NCBI GenBank assembly: GCA_016794625.1
Contig: JAEUGY010000004.1
Coordinates: 13,287-77,286 of the forward strand
From: Opitutaceae bacterium
GTDB lineage: Bacteria > Verrucomicrobiota > Verrucomicrobiia > Opitutales > Opitutaceae
Length of the DNA stretch: 64,000 nt
Direction: 5' to 3'
Part shown: positions 18,663 through 28,625 of the stretch, piece after piece
Layout of the letters: each line of letters begins with the position of its first letter
Numbering within the stretch: the stretch's first letter is position 1
Notes under the pieces: generated by a model
Database searches by the model: none
The model's input: the letters and a program-made list of their open reading frames with translations, nothing else
What the model was told of the DNA's origin: nothing
Translations under genes and position numbers: made by a program

Positions 18663-19667
18663 TCAGATCTCCACCGGGACGAAATCCGAGGCGTTTGGCG
18701 TTCGGAGGCGTTCGCGCAGGAGGTCGCGCTCGCGCGAAAGCTCAGGGCGTCCGCCGTCGCGGGCGGTGGGAAGGGGAGCCTCGCTGGTCCAAACCAGCGT
18801 TGCCATGTAGGCCGCCGTGGCGCCGGCCGTGTCACCCGCCTGCCGCAGGCGCAGCATGCGCCCCGCGTAAAGGTCCGCGATGCTCGCCGCCACCTCGCCC
18901 GGCGGCACCCCGTTGCGAATGACCTGCTCCGCCTCCTTCAGTTTGCCCGCCGCCTCCAAGGCACGCGCCTCGTGCCACCAGGCGGGTTTGTCCAGCGGCG
19001 CCGGTGCGTGCAGCGGACGGTCGGGAACCCGGTCAAAGTCCATGGTCTTGAGCATGCACTCCGCCAGCCGACAGGCCATGGCACTGCGTTCGGGCGTGGC
19101 GGTCACGCGGGCCCGCAGCACGAAGTCCCGCCCGCGGCCGGGGACAAGCAGGTGATGCTGTTCGAGCGACTGACCGCCATCGTCGAGGCCACGCACGCCC
19201 AGCCAGTGAAGCGTACCTTTTCGGATACGCGAAAACACCGGCGCGGCATAACTTCCCCGGGCCTCGGCCTCAATGGCGTCGAGCATCTCGTCCTCGCGGC
19301 GGCCCTCGCGCGGCAGCAGGTTCAAGTTGATCTGCACCTCGCCGGACGGGTCAAACACCAGGACGCGGCGGCCATCGTCAATCGCGTGCCAGCCATGCGG
19401 CACTCCAAACCGCGCGTGGATCGCCTCGGCCGCCACGATGGCGCGCCGCCGCACGGGATCGTTCGCCACCACCGCCGGCACGCGCCCCACGCCTCGGTTG
19501 TGCAGCGTGGCATTGGTCGGATGGGCCGGATCGAGCGCGTCGGCGGTTTCCGCCAGAGCAAACTCCGCCAGTCCCCGCGCGGCCCGGGCTGCCACCTTCG
19601 CCCGCGAGGAGTCCGCGGCCGGACGCGGCCGAGGGGGTCGAGGGAAAAGGGAGGACGAATCAGGCAT
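18663..19667 (-). CDS. Hypothetical protein (no family recognised)
   Basis: ATG at 19667 within ORF 18663-19994; the longer version would overlap the LuxR gene. The 334-aa product has ordinary composition. Confidence 0.5.
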   Translation of the reverse strand: MPDSSSLFPRPPRPRPAADSSRAKVAARAARGLAEFALAETADALDPAHPTNATLHNRGVGRVPAVVANDPVRRRAIVAAEAIHARFGVPHGWHAIDDGRRVLVFDPSGEVQINLNLLPREGRREDEMLDAIEAEARGSYAAPVFSRIRKGTLHWLGVRGLDDGGQSLEQHHLLVPGRGRDFVLRARVTATPERSAMACRLAECMLKTMDFDRVPDRPLHAPAPLDKPAWWHEARALEAAGKLKEAEQVIRNGVPPGEVAASIADLYAGRMLRLRQAGDTAGATAAYMATLVWTSEAPLPTARDGGRPELSRERDLLRERLRTPNASDFVPVEI

Positions 19668-19771
19668 GCAGCGGATCCCCGGAGGGACCGCCTCTACGCT
19701 ACCACCGGCCCGGGGTCTTTGCCCTGGGCCAATCGGCCACCCGCAGCCGACTGCCCTGCGTCCATCCGTGG

Positions 19772-20665
19772 TCAGGGCAGGCCCAACACCTCGATCGCCT
19801 TCAAACCCGCGGCATGGCGGGTCTCCACCGCGAGCTTGGCAAAAATGCGCTCGAGATGGGTGCGGACCGTGTAGGGCCGGATGCCGAGGATGCCCGCGAC
19901 CTCGGGATTGGTCTTGCCCTGCGCCACCCACAGCAACACCTCGGCCTCGCGCGGGGTCAGGCCGAGCGCCTGCTCCAGCGGATCCGGCACCCACTCGCGC
20001 GCAGGAATCGGCGCCGCGGCGGATTGCCGGCGGAGATCCCGGATCATGCGGGTCAACGACCAGGCCTGCCGGAAATGGGGGCGGAGCGCATTGAACAGCT
20101 CGCGTTCATCCCGGCGGAAGCCCCGCTTGCGGCGCAGGGTCGCGATGCAGATCACCTCGTCGCCCCGCCGGAGGTTGACACTCAAATCGTCCGCCACGCC
20201 GATGGGCCGGTAGTATTCGTTGAAGAGTCCGAGACGATGCAGTGAAGCGGTCGATACAAAATCGGAGAGCGCCAGCGCTTCGCCCGAGCGGGTCAATTGG
20301 CGGTAGTCGGCGGGGGCGAATTCCTGAAAGTGCGCAAAAAACGCGGGCATCAGTTTTTCATGCTCGACGCTGGCCGGCCGCAACGCCACCTGCCGGCGAC
20401 CCTGGCCGTTCTCCCGCACCACCACGCCATGGGACTCGCCGGGGATGAGGTCGCTCACCACCTGCAGAAACGTGCCTGCCAGGTCACCCGACTCCGACGC
20501 CGCATACACGGTGGGCAGAACCCGATGAAGCGCCCGCAAGCTGGTCGCCGAAAGGCGCTCGGTTCCCCGGGCGCGGGAGGACGGGATGCGGGTCGCTTGC
20601 ATAAACCGATATGCAAAGGGACTACACCGAGACAGGGCAAGCCTCGGTGTACGAACCTGGGCCAT
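19772..20665 (-). CDS. LuxR-family transcriptional regulator with an uncharacterised (GAF-like?) N-terminal sensor
   Basis: The C-terminal HTH is LTPREAEVLLWVAQGKTNPEVAGILGIRPYTVRTHLERIFAKLAV. There is no REC domain. The start is uncertain. Confidence 0.75.
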   Translation of the reverse strand: MAQVRTPRLALSRCSPFAYRFMQATRIPSSRARGTERLSATSLRALHRVLPTVYAASESGDLAGTFLQVVSDLIPGESHGVVVRENGQGRRQVALRPASVEHEKLMPAFFAHFQEFAPADYRQLTRSGEALALSDFVSTASLHRLGLFNEYYRPIGVADDLSVNLRRGDEVICIATLRRKRGFRRDERELFNALRPHFRQAWSLTRMIRDLRRQSAAAPIPAREWVPDPLEQALGLTPREAEVLLWVAQGKTNPEVAGILGIRPYTVRTHLERIFAKLAVETRHAAGLKAIEVLGLP

Positions 20666-20811
20666 TCGGCCCCCCGGTCGTCCCCCAACCGTCGTATGGT
20701 CCGTCCCATCGGAGCGTGATAAAACCAGTGCCTGTCGCGGGAACCCTCGCTCGAGCAGGTTGCCGCCGTTTCTCCATCACACCTCGATTCCCAGAAAATC
20801 CCTTCTTCATC

Positions 20812-21984
20812 ATGACGATGCATTCCTTTTCCTCATTCTTGGCGACCAGCCTGGTGCTGGCACCTCTCGCGGCCTTGGGCGCACCCAAGGTCACCACCGC
20901 GTCCGGTCCGGCCGCGGCTGACATCAACGCCGCCGTGGCCGCATTCCGGCTCGAAATCGGCTTGGGTGGTCCCGGCAACACCACGAACGGCCCGTTCTTC
21001 AATGGGCTGCGCAACATCAACTGGGACGGCACACCCGACACGTCCTCCGCTCCGAACGCGATGCCGGCGGACTTCTTTAACAACAATGTCCGGCGCGGTG
21101 CCGTCTTTACCTCCCCGGGCGGCAGCGTCCAGGTCAGCGCGGATTCCGACAATCCCACCGCCACGGCGGTCCGGTTCGGCCACCTCGATGCCTCTTACGC
21201 GACCCGTTTCAAGGCGTTCACGGAACAACGGTTGTTCGCCGCGGTGGGCAGCACGGTGATCGACACCCAGTTCTTTGTGCCTGGCAGTCCGGCCACCCCC
21301 GCCACCGTGAACGGCTTCGGCGTGGTGTTCACGGATGTCGATCTGGCCAACGTCAGTTCGATCGAGTGTTTCAACGCCCAAGGTCAGTCGCTGGGCCGGT
21401 TCTACGCCCCGGTGTCCGACAATGGGTTGTCCTTTGTCGGCGTGTTTTTCCAGGACGGTGAACGCGTCGCCCGGGTCCGCGTCACGCATGGCAATCTTCC
21501 GCTCGCCGCCGGCGCGGTCGACACCGCTACGCTCGATGTCGTGGCCACGGATGACTTCATGTTCGGCGAACCGTTGCCGCTGACCACGAACGCGACCCTG
21601 ATCAATCTCTCCACCCGGGCCCGAGTCGGTACGGGTGAAGACGTGGCGATCGCCGGTTTCGTGGTCGGAGGCTCGCAGCCCAAGCTCTTCCTCGTCCGCG
21701 CAGGCGGCCCGGCTCTGGCTCAATTTGGCGTCGTCGGCACGCTCGCCAATCCGCAACTGACGCTGCAAACGGCGGCCGGGGAGGTCGTCGCGACCAACGA
21801 CAACTGGAGCAACCGTCCGGAGCTCGCTCAGGCCGCCACCCGCACCGGCGCCTACCCGTTCGCCGCGGGCTCCAACGATGCCGCCGCGCTGGTGGTGCTA
21901 AATCCGGGCGCTTATTCCCTGCTCGTTTCCGGCGTCAGCGGCAGCACGGGCATCGCGCTGCTTGAAATCTACGAAGTCAATTGA
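20812..21984 (+). CDS. Secreted protein with a C-terminal about 130-aa domain shared with the giant Ig-repeat protein
   Basis: ATG at 20812 within ORF 20611-21984. The signal peptide is MTMHSFSSFLATSLVLAPLAALGA. The C-terminus LINLSTRARVGTGEDVAIAGFVVGG...LVRAGGPAL...NDNW...PGAYSLLVSGVSGSTGIALLEIYEV parallels the end of the 44804-49249 product. Confidence 0.75.
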   Translation: MTMHSFSSFLATSLVLAPLAALGAPKVTTASGPAAADINAAVAAFRLEIGLGGPGNTTNGPFFNGLRNINWDGTPDTSSAPNAMPADFFNNNVRRGAVFTSPGGSVQVSADSDNPTATAVRFGHLDASYATRFKAFTEQRLFAAVGSTVIDTQFFVPGSPATPATVNGFGVVFTDVDLANVSSIECFNAQGQSLGRFYAPVSDNGLSFVGVFFQDGERVARVRVTHGNLPLAAGAVDTATLDVVATDDFMFGEPLPLTTNATLINLSTRARVGTGEDVAIAGFVVGGSQPKLFLVRAGGPALAQFGVVGTLANPQLTLQTAAGEVVATNDNWSNRPELAQAATRTGAYPFAAGSNDAAALVVLNPGAYSLLVSGVSGSTGIALLEIYEVN

Positions 21985-22166
21985 TCAGCCCCACCCTTGA
22001 GACCGGAAGTCCGCGCCTTCCAACGGCTTCAATGCCAACGGCGAGGCGCGGTCCTTCCTTCGTTCTTTGACCCGATCGACCCGGTTCCGGAGTTCATTCT
22101 CCGGTCCGCACTTGGCAAATTCCGGCCGGTCCGTAGCGTGACTCGTTCCGTGTTCCGCCTTCCTTC

Positions 22167-22613
22167 ATGAGCGACCTCACCGATCTCTACCAACAGGTCA
22201 TTCTCGATCACAATCGCCGCCCGCGCAATCGGGGCGTTCTGCCCAAGGCCAACCGGGTGGCGCACGGAGACAATCCGACCTGCGGGGACCAATGCAGCGT
22301 GTACCTACGCGTGGAGGGCGACCGGATCGCGGAGATCAGTTTCGACGGCCAGGGTTGCGCCATCTCGCAGGCGAGCGCCTCGCTCATGACCACGCAGATC
22401 AAGGGCAAGACCGCCCTAGAGGCCCGCGCCCTTTTCGAGTCGTTCCATCACATCGTCACGTCAGGCGAAGCCCCGGAAGACATCAGCGATCTTGCCGCGT
22501 TCGCCGGCGTGCACGCCTTTCCGGCCCGCATCAAGTGCGCCACGCTGGGGTGGCATGCCGCGCTCGAGGCCCTGTCCTCGCCCGCGGCGGTGTTGCCCAC
22601 GTCCAGCAGCTGA
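22167..22613 (+). CDS. sufU: SUF-type Fe-S cluster assembly scaffold/sulfur acceptor (NifU/IscU-like)
   Basis: 148-aa ORF with LYQQVILDHNRRPRN, NPTCGD, GQGCAISQASAS and IKCATLGW, which carry the three conserved Cys. Confidence 0.88.
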   Translation: MSDLTDLYQQVILDHNRRPRNRGVLPKANRVAHGDNPTCGDQCSVYLRVEGDRIAEISFDGQGCAISQASASLMTTQIKGKTALEARALFESFHHIVTSGEAPEDISDLAAFAGVHAFPARIKCATLGWHAALEALSSPAAVLPTSSS

Positions 22614-22931
22614 AGGCCGGCGTTCGCGCCGGGCCTCGGGAATCCGTGGTCGTTGGGACCTGCGGCACGCGCTCGATGCGCCGGGGCCGGCCCTGCGCCC
22701 TCGTTTCGCCTGCCACCTCCCGTCCGTCATGCTGCCTGCACCGCCCGGGGCGGGTCACCGGCGCTTCAGGCCTGACGGGGCGTCCCTTCTCTGTCACTCT
22801 CCCCCAAATCAAGGCGGCCTCCCCTGCCCGCCCGTTTGAACCGCGCCGTCATCCGTTCGCGTTGTCTCTTGCCGTCTCCCGCGCGTCGGGAGGACGTCTT
22901 CATTGAACCCTCATCTTCCTGTTTTTCTGCC

Positions 22932-24662
22932 ATGAACTCCCACCGCTCCGTCGCATCCCAGCGCGACTCGTATTCATCCCATCAATTCACCGTTTCCGCT
23001 CCGCGCGCCCTGTCCCTCGCCCGAACCGGCCTGGGCCTGCTCGCCGGCCTCCTCCTTGTCCCCGCGGGCGCAGGCGCGGCCACGCCGCCGGCCGGTCTGC
23101 CCGCACCGGTGTTCGAGCAGCTCGGCCGTCACCATCATCCGGTGACCACGCGTTCCCCGGAGGCCCAGCGGTACTTTGACCAGGGCCTGCTGCTGCTGTT
23201 CAACTTCAACCACCAGGAGGCCATCCGGTCGTTCCGCGCCGCCGCCCAACTGGATCCTGACTGCGTCATGGCGTACTGGGGCGAGGCGTTCGCCTACGGA
23301 CCCCACGTCAACGCACCCATGTTCGACGAAGCCATCGCCCCGGCCTGGGCCGCCTTGCAGGCCGGCCTGGCACGGCGGGCGCTCGGCAGCCCGCGGGAGA
23401 GGGACTACCTGGATGCGCTCGCCCGGCGCTACGTCGCGCCCGGTCAATCGCACGACCGCGCGGCCCTCAACCAGGCCTTCGCGGACGCCATGCGGGGCGT
23501 GGCGGAGGCGCATCCGGATGATGCCGATGCCACCGTCTTCTTCGTCGACGCCGTGATGAATACCACGCCTTGGGACTACTGGCAGCCCAACCGCACGGAC
23601 CCGAAGCCGGTCATCGCCGACGCACTGCGCCGCATTGATGCCGTGCTCTCCCGACAGCCGGACCATCCCGGTGCCAACCACCTCAACATCCACCTGGTCG
23701 AGGCCGGTCCCGACCCCGCGCGCGGTCTGCCCAGCGCGTCACGACTCCGTCGTTACGCGCCCGCCGCCGGGCACCTCGTGCACATGCCTTCGCACATCTA
23801 CATCCGCGTCGGCCAGTATCAGGACGCGATCGAGGCCAATCAGGAAGCCGCGCGGGCGGACCGCCAGTACATCAGTGCCTGCCGCGTCCAGGGCTTCTAC
23901 CCCGGCGTGTACTACCCGCACAATCTGCACTTCCTCTGGTTCGCCCACCTCTTCCAGGGCCAGGCGCAGGCCAGCCTCGACGCCGCCCACCAGGTCGCCT
24001 CCTACGCCCTGACGCCGCTCTGCGGCACGCCGGTGTTGGAAAAGCCGCGCTTCACGTGGCTCCCGCTGGTGACCCAGCTTCGGTTCGGCCGCTGGGACAC
24101 CGTGCTGTCGCAGCCGGAGCCGCCCGCCGACCAGCCGTTCGACCGTGCGATCTGGCGCTACGCCCGCGCCCGCTCCCTAGGAGCGCGGGGCGACGCCGCC
24201 GCGGCCCAGCGCGAGGTCGACGCCTTGGAGAAGCTGGCCGCGTCGGCGGACGTCAAGGCCGTGGACAATCCCGCGTTTCCCGCGTCACCCACCCTGGAGG
24301 TCGCCCGACACCTGGCGCGCGCCAGCGTTGCGCAAGCCCGAGGGGACCGGGACGGTGAGATCGCACACCTGCGGGCGGCCGTCGCGGCAGAACAAGCCCT
24401 GCCCTACATGGAACCCTCCTTCTGGTGGTATCCCACGCGTCAATCCCTCGCCGCCGCGCTCGCCCGGGCGGGCCGGTGGACCGAGGCGGAACAGGAATTC
24501 CGCCGCGACTTGGTGGAGTTTCCCCGCAACGGCTGGTCGCTCTTCGGTTTGCTGCACTGCCTGCGCTCGCAGAAGAAAACCGACGCCGCCCGCCTGGTGG
24601 AGGCCGAGTTCCAACGCGCCTGGTCCCACTCCGATGTGAAGCTCCAGCTGGAATGGCTCTAG
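22932..24662 (+). CDS. TPR-like repeat protein, probably exported
   Basis: ATG at 22932 within ORF 22836-24662. A hydrophobic signal-like segment is LGLLAGLLLVPAGAGA. The protein is helical-repeat-rich, with motifs such as YFDQGLLLLFNFNHQEAIRSF. Confidence 0.65.
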   Translation: MNSHRSVASQRDSYSSHQFTVSAPRALSLARTGLGLLAGLLLVPAGAGAATPPAGLPAPVFEQLGRHHHPVTTRSPEAQRYFDQGLLLLFNFNHQEAIRSFRAAAQLDPDCVMAYWGEAFAYGPHVNAPMFDEAIAPAWAALQAGLARRALGSPRERDYLDALARRYVAPGQSHDRAALNQAFADAMRGVAEAHPDDADATVFFVDAVMNTTPWDYWQPNRTDPKPVIADALRRIDAVLSRQPDHPGANHLNIHLVEAGPDPARGLPSASRLRRYAPAAGHLVHMPSHIYIRVGQYQDAIEANQEAARADRQYISACRVQGFYPGVYYPHNLHFLWFAHLFQGQAQASLDAAHQVASYALTPLCGTPVLEKPRFTWLPLVTQLRFGRWDTVLSQPEPPADQPFDRAIWRYARARSLGARGDAAAAQREVDALEKLAASADVKAVDNPAFPASPTLEVARHLARASVAQARGDRDGEIAHLRAAVAAEQALPYMEPSFWWYPTRQSLAAALARAGRWTEAEQEFRRDLVEFPRNGWSLFGLLHCLRSQKKTDAARLVEAEFQRAWSHSDVKLQLEWL

Positions 24663-24675
24663 TCCCCCGCGCCCC

Positions 24676-24710
24676 GGAGCGAGTGTCATCCCGCCGATGA
24701 CACTCGCTCC
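24676..24710 (+). terminator. Perfect 15-bp stem / 5-nt loop hairpin just after the TPR gene stop
   Basis: GGAGCGAGTGTCATC ccgcc GATGACACTCGCTCC begins 14 nt after the stop at 24662. There is no U-tract. Confidence 0.5.
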
Positions 24711-24930
24711 AGGGGCACCCGCGGTTTCCGCTCCAACCGGCCGGGCCTTTCCCGGTCAGGGCCCCGGTCGCCGGGGATCCCGAAACGCCGGCTCCCTGCG
24801 GCAGGCAAGACGGTCCGCGTGGCCAAAATTGTCACTCGGTCGGCCGGGGCGGCACCGGACAGCCACCGCGCTTCTCCGGGCACGGGCCCCGTTTGGCGTC
24901 CCACCAAATAATGCCATCACGCAGCAATGG

Positions 24931-24975
24931 AGTCTTATCTAATTCTAAAATAACATTTTAAGAACTTGTTTCGTT
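24931..24975 (+). promoter_or_regulatory. AT-rich island upstream of the transglutaminase operon (candidate promoter/UP region)
   Basis: agtcttatctaattctaaaataacattttaagaacttgtttcgtt is a sharp local drop in GC about 125-165 nt upstream of the 25098 start. I could not pin down convincing -35/-10 hexamers. Confidence 0.3.
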
Positions 24976-25097
24976 CACCCCTGGAGAGGAGCCGTCCTTT
25001 CGTTGACGATCAGCGATGAATTTCTTTCACACGAAGCGATCGCCATTGGGGTTGGTGGCGCGGGATTCGCTACGGTAAGACAGCCCACCTCTGTCTC

Positions 25098-28000
25098 ATG
25101 GCCATCCACGCCGCTCTCCATCACAAGACCGCATACCGTTACGACCGCCCGGTCGGACTTGGCCCCCAGGTGGTACGCCTGCGGCCGGCTCCGCATTGCC
25201 GGACGCCGATCGTCTCGTACTCGCTGCGGGTGTTTCCCGAGCAGCACTTCATCAACTGGCAGCAGGACCCACACGGGAACTACCAGGCGCGCCTGGTCTT
25301 TCCCGAAAAGACGCGCGAGTTCTCGATCGAGGTCGACGTGGTGGCGGAGATGGCGGTCTACAATCCATTCGATTTCTTTCTCGAGGCCTCGGCCAACCAG
25401 TATCCGTTTTCGTACGAAACGGTCACGGCCGAGGAGCTCGCCCCTTACCTGCGCAAGGATCCACTCAGTCCGCGGCTGGCCGCTCTGCTCGAATCCATCG
25501 ACCGCAAGCCCACGGCGACGATCGATTTCCTGGTCGCCCTCAACCAACGCCTGCAGAAGTCGGTCCAGTACCTGATCCGGCTCGAGCCCGGCGTGCAAAC
25601 CCCCGAGCAGACCCTGGAGCTGGGGTCGGGCTCCTGCCGCGATTCGGCGCTGCTGCTCGTGCAGGTGCTCCGCCACCTTGGCCTCGCGGCCCGGTTCGTA
25701 TCTGGGTATTTGATTCAGCTGCGGCCCGACCAGAAGTCGCTCGACGGGCCGTCGGGCGCGGAGTCGGATTTCACGGACCTGCATGCGTGGACCGAGGTCT
25801 TTCTGCCCGGCGCCGGCTGGGTCGGCTTCGATCCGACCTCGGGCCTGCTCGCCGGCGAAGGCCATCTCCCGCTGGCCTGCACGCCGGAGCCGTCCGGAGC
25901 GGCGCCGATCAGCGGCGGGGTCGAAAAGTGCGAGGTCACGTTCGACTTCTCCATGGAGGTGCGCCGGATCCACGAGTCTCCCCGCGTCACCCTGCCCTAC
26001 ACCGACGCCCAGTGGGACGCCATCAACGCCCTCGGCGCACGGATCGACCAGCGCCTTCGCGCGGGCGACGTCCGGTTGACCATGGGCGGTGAACCCACGT
26101 TCATTTCGATCGACGACATGGACGGCCCGGAGTGGAACACCGCCGCCGTCGGCCCGACCAAACGACGGCTGGCCGACCAGTTGATCAAGCGCCTCTGGCA
26201 GCATTACGGCGAAGGCGGCTTTATCCACTACGGTCAGGGCAAGTGGTATCCGGGGGAATCCCTGCCCCGTTGGGCGCTGACCTGCCTGTGGCGGCGCGAC
26301 GGCCAGGCGGTCTGGAAGGATCCCGCGCTGCTGGACAATTTCGACCGTGCCGCCGGGCTGAGTTCGTCCGATGCCGAACGATTCGCCCGCACCCTCGCGC
26401 GACGCCTGGAACTCGATCCACAGTGGCTGATGCCGGGATATGAGGACACCTGGTACTACCTTTGGAAGGAGCGCCGCCTGCCGGCCAACGTCGATCCGCT
26501 CAAGAGCCGGCTGCGGGAGGCGGAGGAACGGGCGCGACTGGCAAAGGTGTTTGAACAGGGGCTCGACCGCGTCGTCGGTTACGCCATCCCCATTGAACGC
26601 GCCATCCGGGGTCACCGGCTCGGCTGGACCTCCGGCCCCTGGTTTCTGCGACCGGGCACGCTCTTTCTCATTCCCGGCGACTCGCCCATGGGCTACCGGC
26701 TGCCGCTGGAGTCGCAGCCGTGGAGCGCGCCGGGCGACCAGCGATTCGGTATCGAGCCTGATCCTACGCTTGAGCTTCCGCCGCTGCCCGATCGCGACGC
26801 CCTCGCCCGGCAGTACTTCCGCGCCGTCGACCCGTCCTCCGGCCCGGGCGCGGCTTCGGCGCGCACACAGCCGATCGACTTGAGTGGATGGCCCTACGCC
26901 GCCACCCAGGACGGCCAGCCGGGCCAGCCCACGCTGCCCGCCCACTACCGGCCCCGGCCGGTTAGCCTGCCGGCGGCCGACACCGCGCCGGCGCCGCAGC
27001 AATCGGCGTCGTGGATCGTGCGCACCGCGCTCTGCGTCGAGGCGCGGGAAGGCCACCTCTTCGTCTTCATGCCACCGGTGGCGACCACCGAGGACTACCT
27101 CGACCTGCTTGCCGCCATCGAGGCCACCGCGGCCGAGTTGTCGCTGCCCGTGGTGATCGAGGGTTACCTGCCACCGCACGATGCCCGACTCAACTCCATC
27201 AAGGTCACGCCCGATCCCGGCGTGATCGAGGTCAACATCCACCCATCGTCCTCCTGGCCCGAACTCGTCGAGAAGACCGAGACCCTCTACGCCGAGGCCC
27301 GGCTTTGCCGCCTCGGCACGGAAAAGTTCATGCTCGACGGCCGGCACACCGGCACGGGCGGCGGGAATCACATCGTGGTCGGCGGGGCGACGCCGGGCGA
27401 CAGCCCGTTCCTCCGACGGCCACACCTGCTCAAGAGTTTGCTCGCCTACTGGCACAATCACCCGTCCTTGAGCTACCTGTTCTCGGGTCTGTTCATTGGA
27501 CCGACCTCGCAGGCTCCCCGCGTCGACGAAGCCAGAAACGACAGCCTCTATGAATTGGAAATCGCGTTCCGCGAGCTGGACCGGTTGACGGCGGACGGCG
27601 GACGGGTCACCCCGTGGCTCGTCGACCGCATTTTCCGCAATCTGTTGATCGACGTGTCCGGCAATACGCACCGGGCGGAGTTCTGCATCGACAAGCTGTA
27701 TTCGCCGGACTCCGCCAGCGGACGCCTCGGCCTGCTCGAACTGCGCGCCTTTGAAATGCCCCCGCATGCACGCATGAGCCTGGCGCAGCAACTCCTGCTG
27801 CGGGCGTTCATCGCGCACTTCTGGGAACACCCCTACGCACCGGAACGCCTGGTGCGCTGGGGCACCGATCTGCATGACCGGTTCATGCTGCCCCATTACG
27901 TCCGCGCCGACTTTGCGGATGTGATCCAGGACCTCAACGACTGGGGGCTGCCGTTCCGGCTGGAGTGGTTTGCGCCTCACCTTGAGTTCCGTTTCCCGGT

Positions 28001-28550
28001 CAATGGGCACGTCGCGTTTCGCGGCATGACCCTCGAAGTCCGGCACGCCCTCGAGCCCTGGCATGTCATGGGGGAGGAAGGAGCGGCGGGCGGAACGGTG
28101 CGCTTTGTCGACAGTTCCATTGAGCGAGTCCAGGTGTTGGTCACCGGTTGGGTGGGTGAACGGTACCAGGTCACCTGCAACGGCCGGCGCGTTCCGCTCC
28201 AGCCGACTGGCGTCAATGGCGAGTTCGTCGCGGCGGTGCGCTACCGCGCCTGGCAGCCGGCCTCCTGCCTCCACCCCACGATCGGGGTGGATTCGCCGCT
28301 GGTGTTTGATGTGGTGGACACGTGGAACGGCCGCTCCCTCGGCGGGTGCACCTACCACGTCGCCCACCCCGGTGGACGAAACTATGTGACCTTCCCGGTC
28401 AACGCCTATGAGGCCGAGTCCCGCCGCCTCGCCCGTTTCTTCCCCCACGGACACACCCCGGGCCACAGTTTGCCACCGGCCCCCCGCGACCTCGCGCCGG
28501 AGCTCCCGCACACCCTCGACCTCCGCGCCCCAAGCACCGTCCGCCGCTAG
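25098..28550 (+). CDS. Large transglutaminase-family protein (N-terminal Bact_transglu_N + transglutaminase core, C-terminal DUF2126-like region)
   Basis: 1150-aa ORF. The N-terminus is HHKTAYRYDRPVGLGPQVVRLRP. The catalytic core is GSGSCRDSALLLVQVLRHLGLAARFVSGYL ... DLHAWTEVFLPGAGWVGFDPTSG. A long conserved C-terminal extension follows. Confidence 0.88.
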   Translation: MAIHAALHHKTAYRYDRPVGLGPQVVRLRPAPHCRTPIVSYSLRVFPEQHFINWQQDPHGNYQARLVFPEKTREFSIEVDVVAEMAVYNPFDFFLEASANQYPFSYETVTAEELAPYLRKDPLSPRLAALLESIDRKPTATIDFLVALNQRLQKSVQYLIRLEPGVQTPEQTLELGSGSCRDSALLLVQVLRHLGLAARFVSGYLIQLRPDQKSLDGPSGAESDFTDLHAWTEVFLPGAGWVGFDPTSGLLAGEGHLPLACTPEPSGAAPISGGVEKCEVTFDFSMEVRRIHESPRVTLPYTDAQWDAINALGARIDQRLRAGDVRLTMGGEPTFISIDDMDGPEWNTAAVGPTKRRLADQLIKRLWQHYGEGGFIHYGQGKWYPGESLPRWALTCLWRRDGQAVWKDPALLDNFDRAAGLSSSDAERFARTLARRLELDPQWLMPGYEDTWYYLWKERRLPANVDPLKSRLREAEERARLAKVFEQGLDRVVGYAIPIERAIRGHRLGWTSGPWFLRPGTLFLIPGDSPMGYRLPLESQPWSAPGDQRFGIEPDPTLELPPLPDRDALARQYFRAVDPSSGPGAASARTQPIDLSGWPYAATQDGQPGQPTLPAHYRPRPVSLPAADTAPAPQQSASWIVRTALCVEAREGHLFVFMPPVATTEDYLDLLAAIEATAAELSLPVVIEGYLPPHDARLNSIKVTPDPGVIEVNIHPSSSWPELVEKTETLYAEARLCRLGTEKFMLDGRHTGTGGGNHIVVGGATPGDSPFLRRPHLLKSLLAYWHNHPSLSYLFSGLFIGPTSQAPRVDEARNDSLYELEIAFRELDRLTADGGRVTPWLVDRIFRNLLIDVSGNTHRAEFCIDKLYSPDSASGRLGLLELRAFEMPPHARMSLAQQLLLRAFIAHFWEHPYAPERLVRWGTDLHDRFMLPHYVRADFADVIQDLNDWGLPFRLEWFAPHLEFRFPVNGHVAFRGMTLEVRHALEPWHVMGEEGAAGGTVRFVDSSIERVQVLVTGWVGERYQVTCNGRRVPLQPTGVNGEFVAAVRYRAWQPASCLHPTIGVDSPLVFDVVDTWNGRSLGGCTYHVAHPGGRNYVTFPVNAYEAESRRLARFFPHGHTPGHSLPPAPRDLAPELPHTLDLRAPSTVRR

Positions 28551-28625
28551 CCGGCGGACGACCCGCGCATCGTCTCGCCAAGACTCCGGCCCACCCTCCG
28601 GCCGAGGCCCCGGCGCGACCAAATT

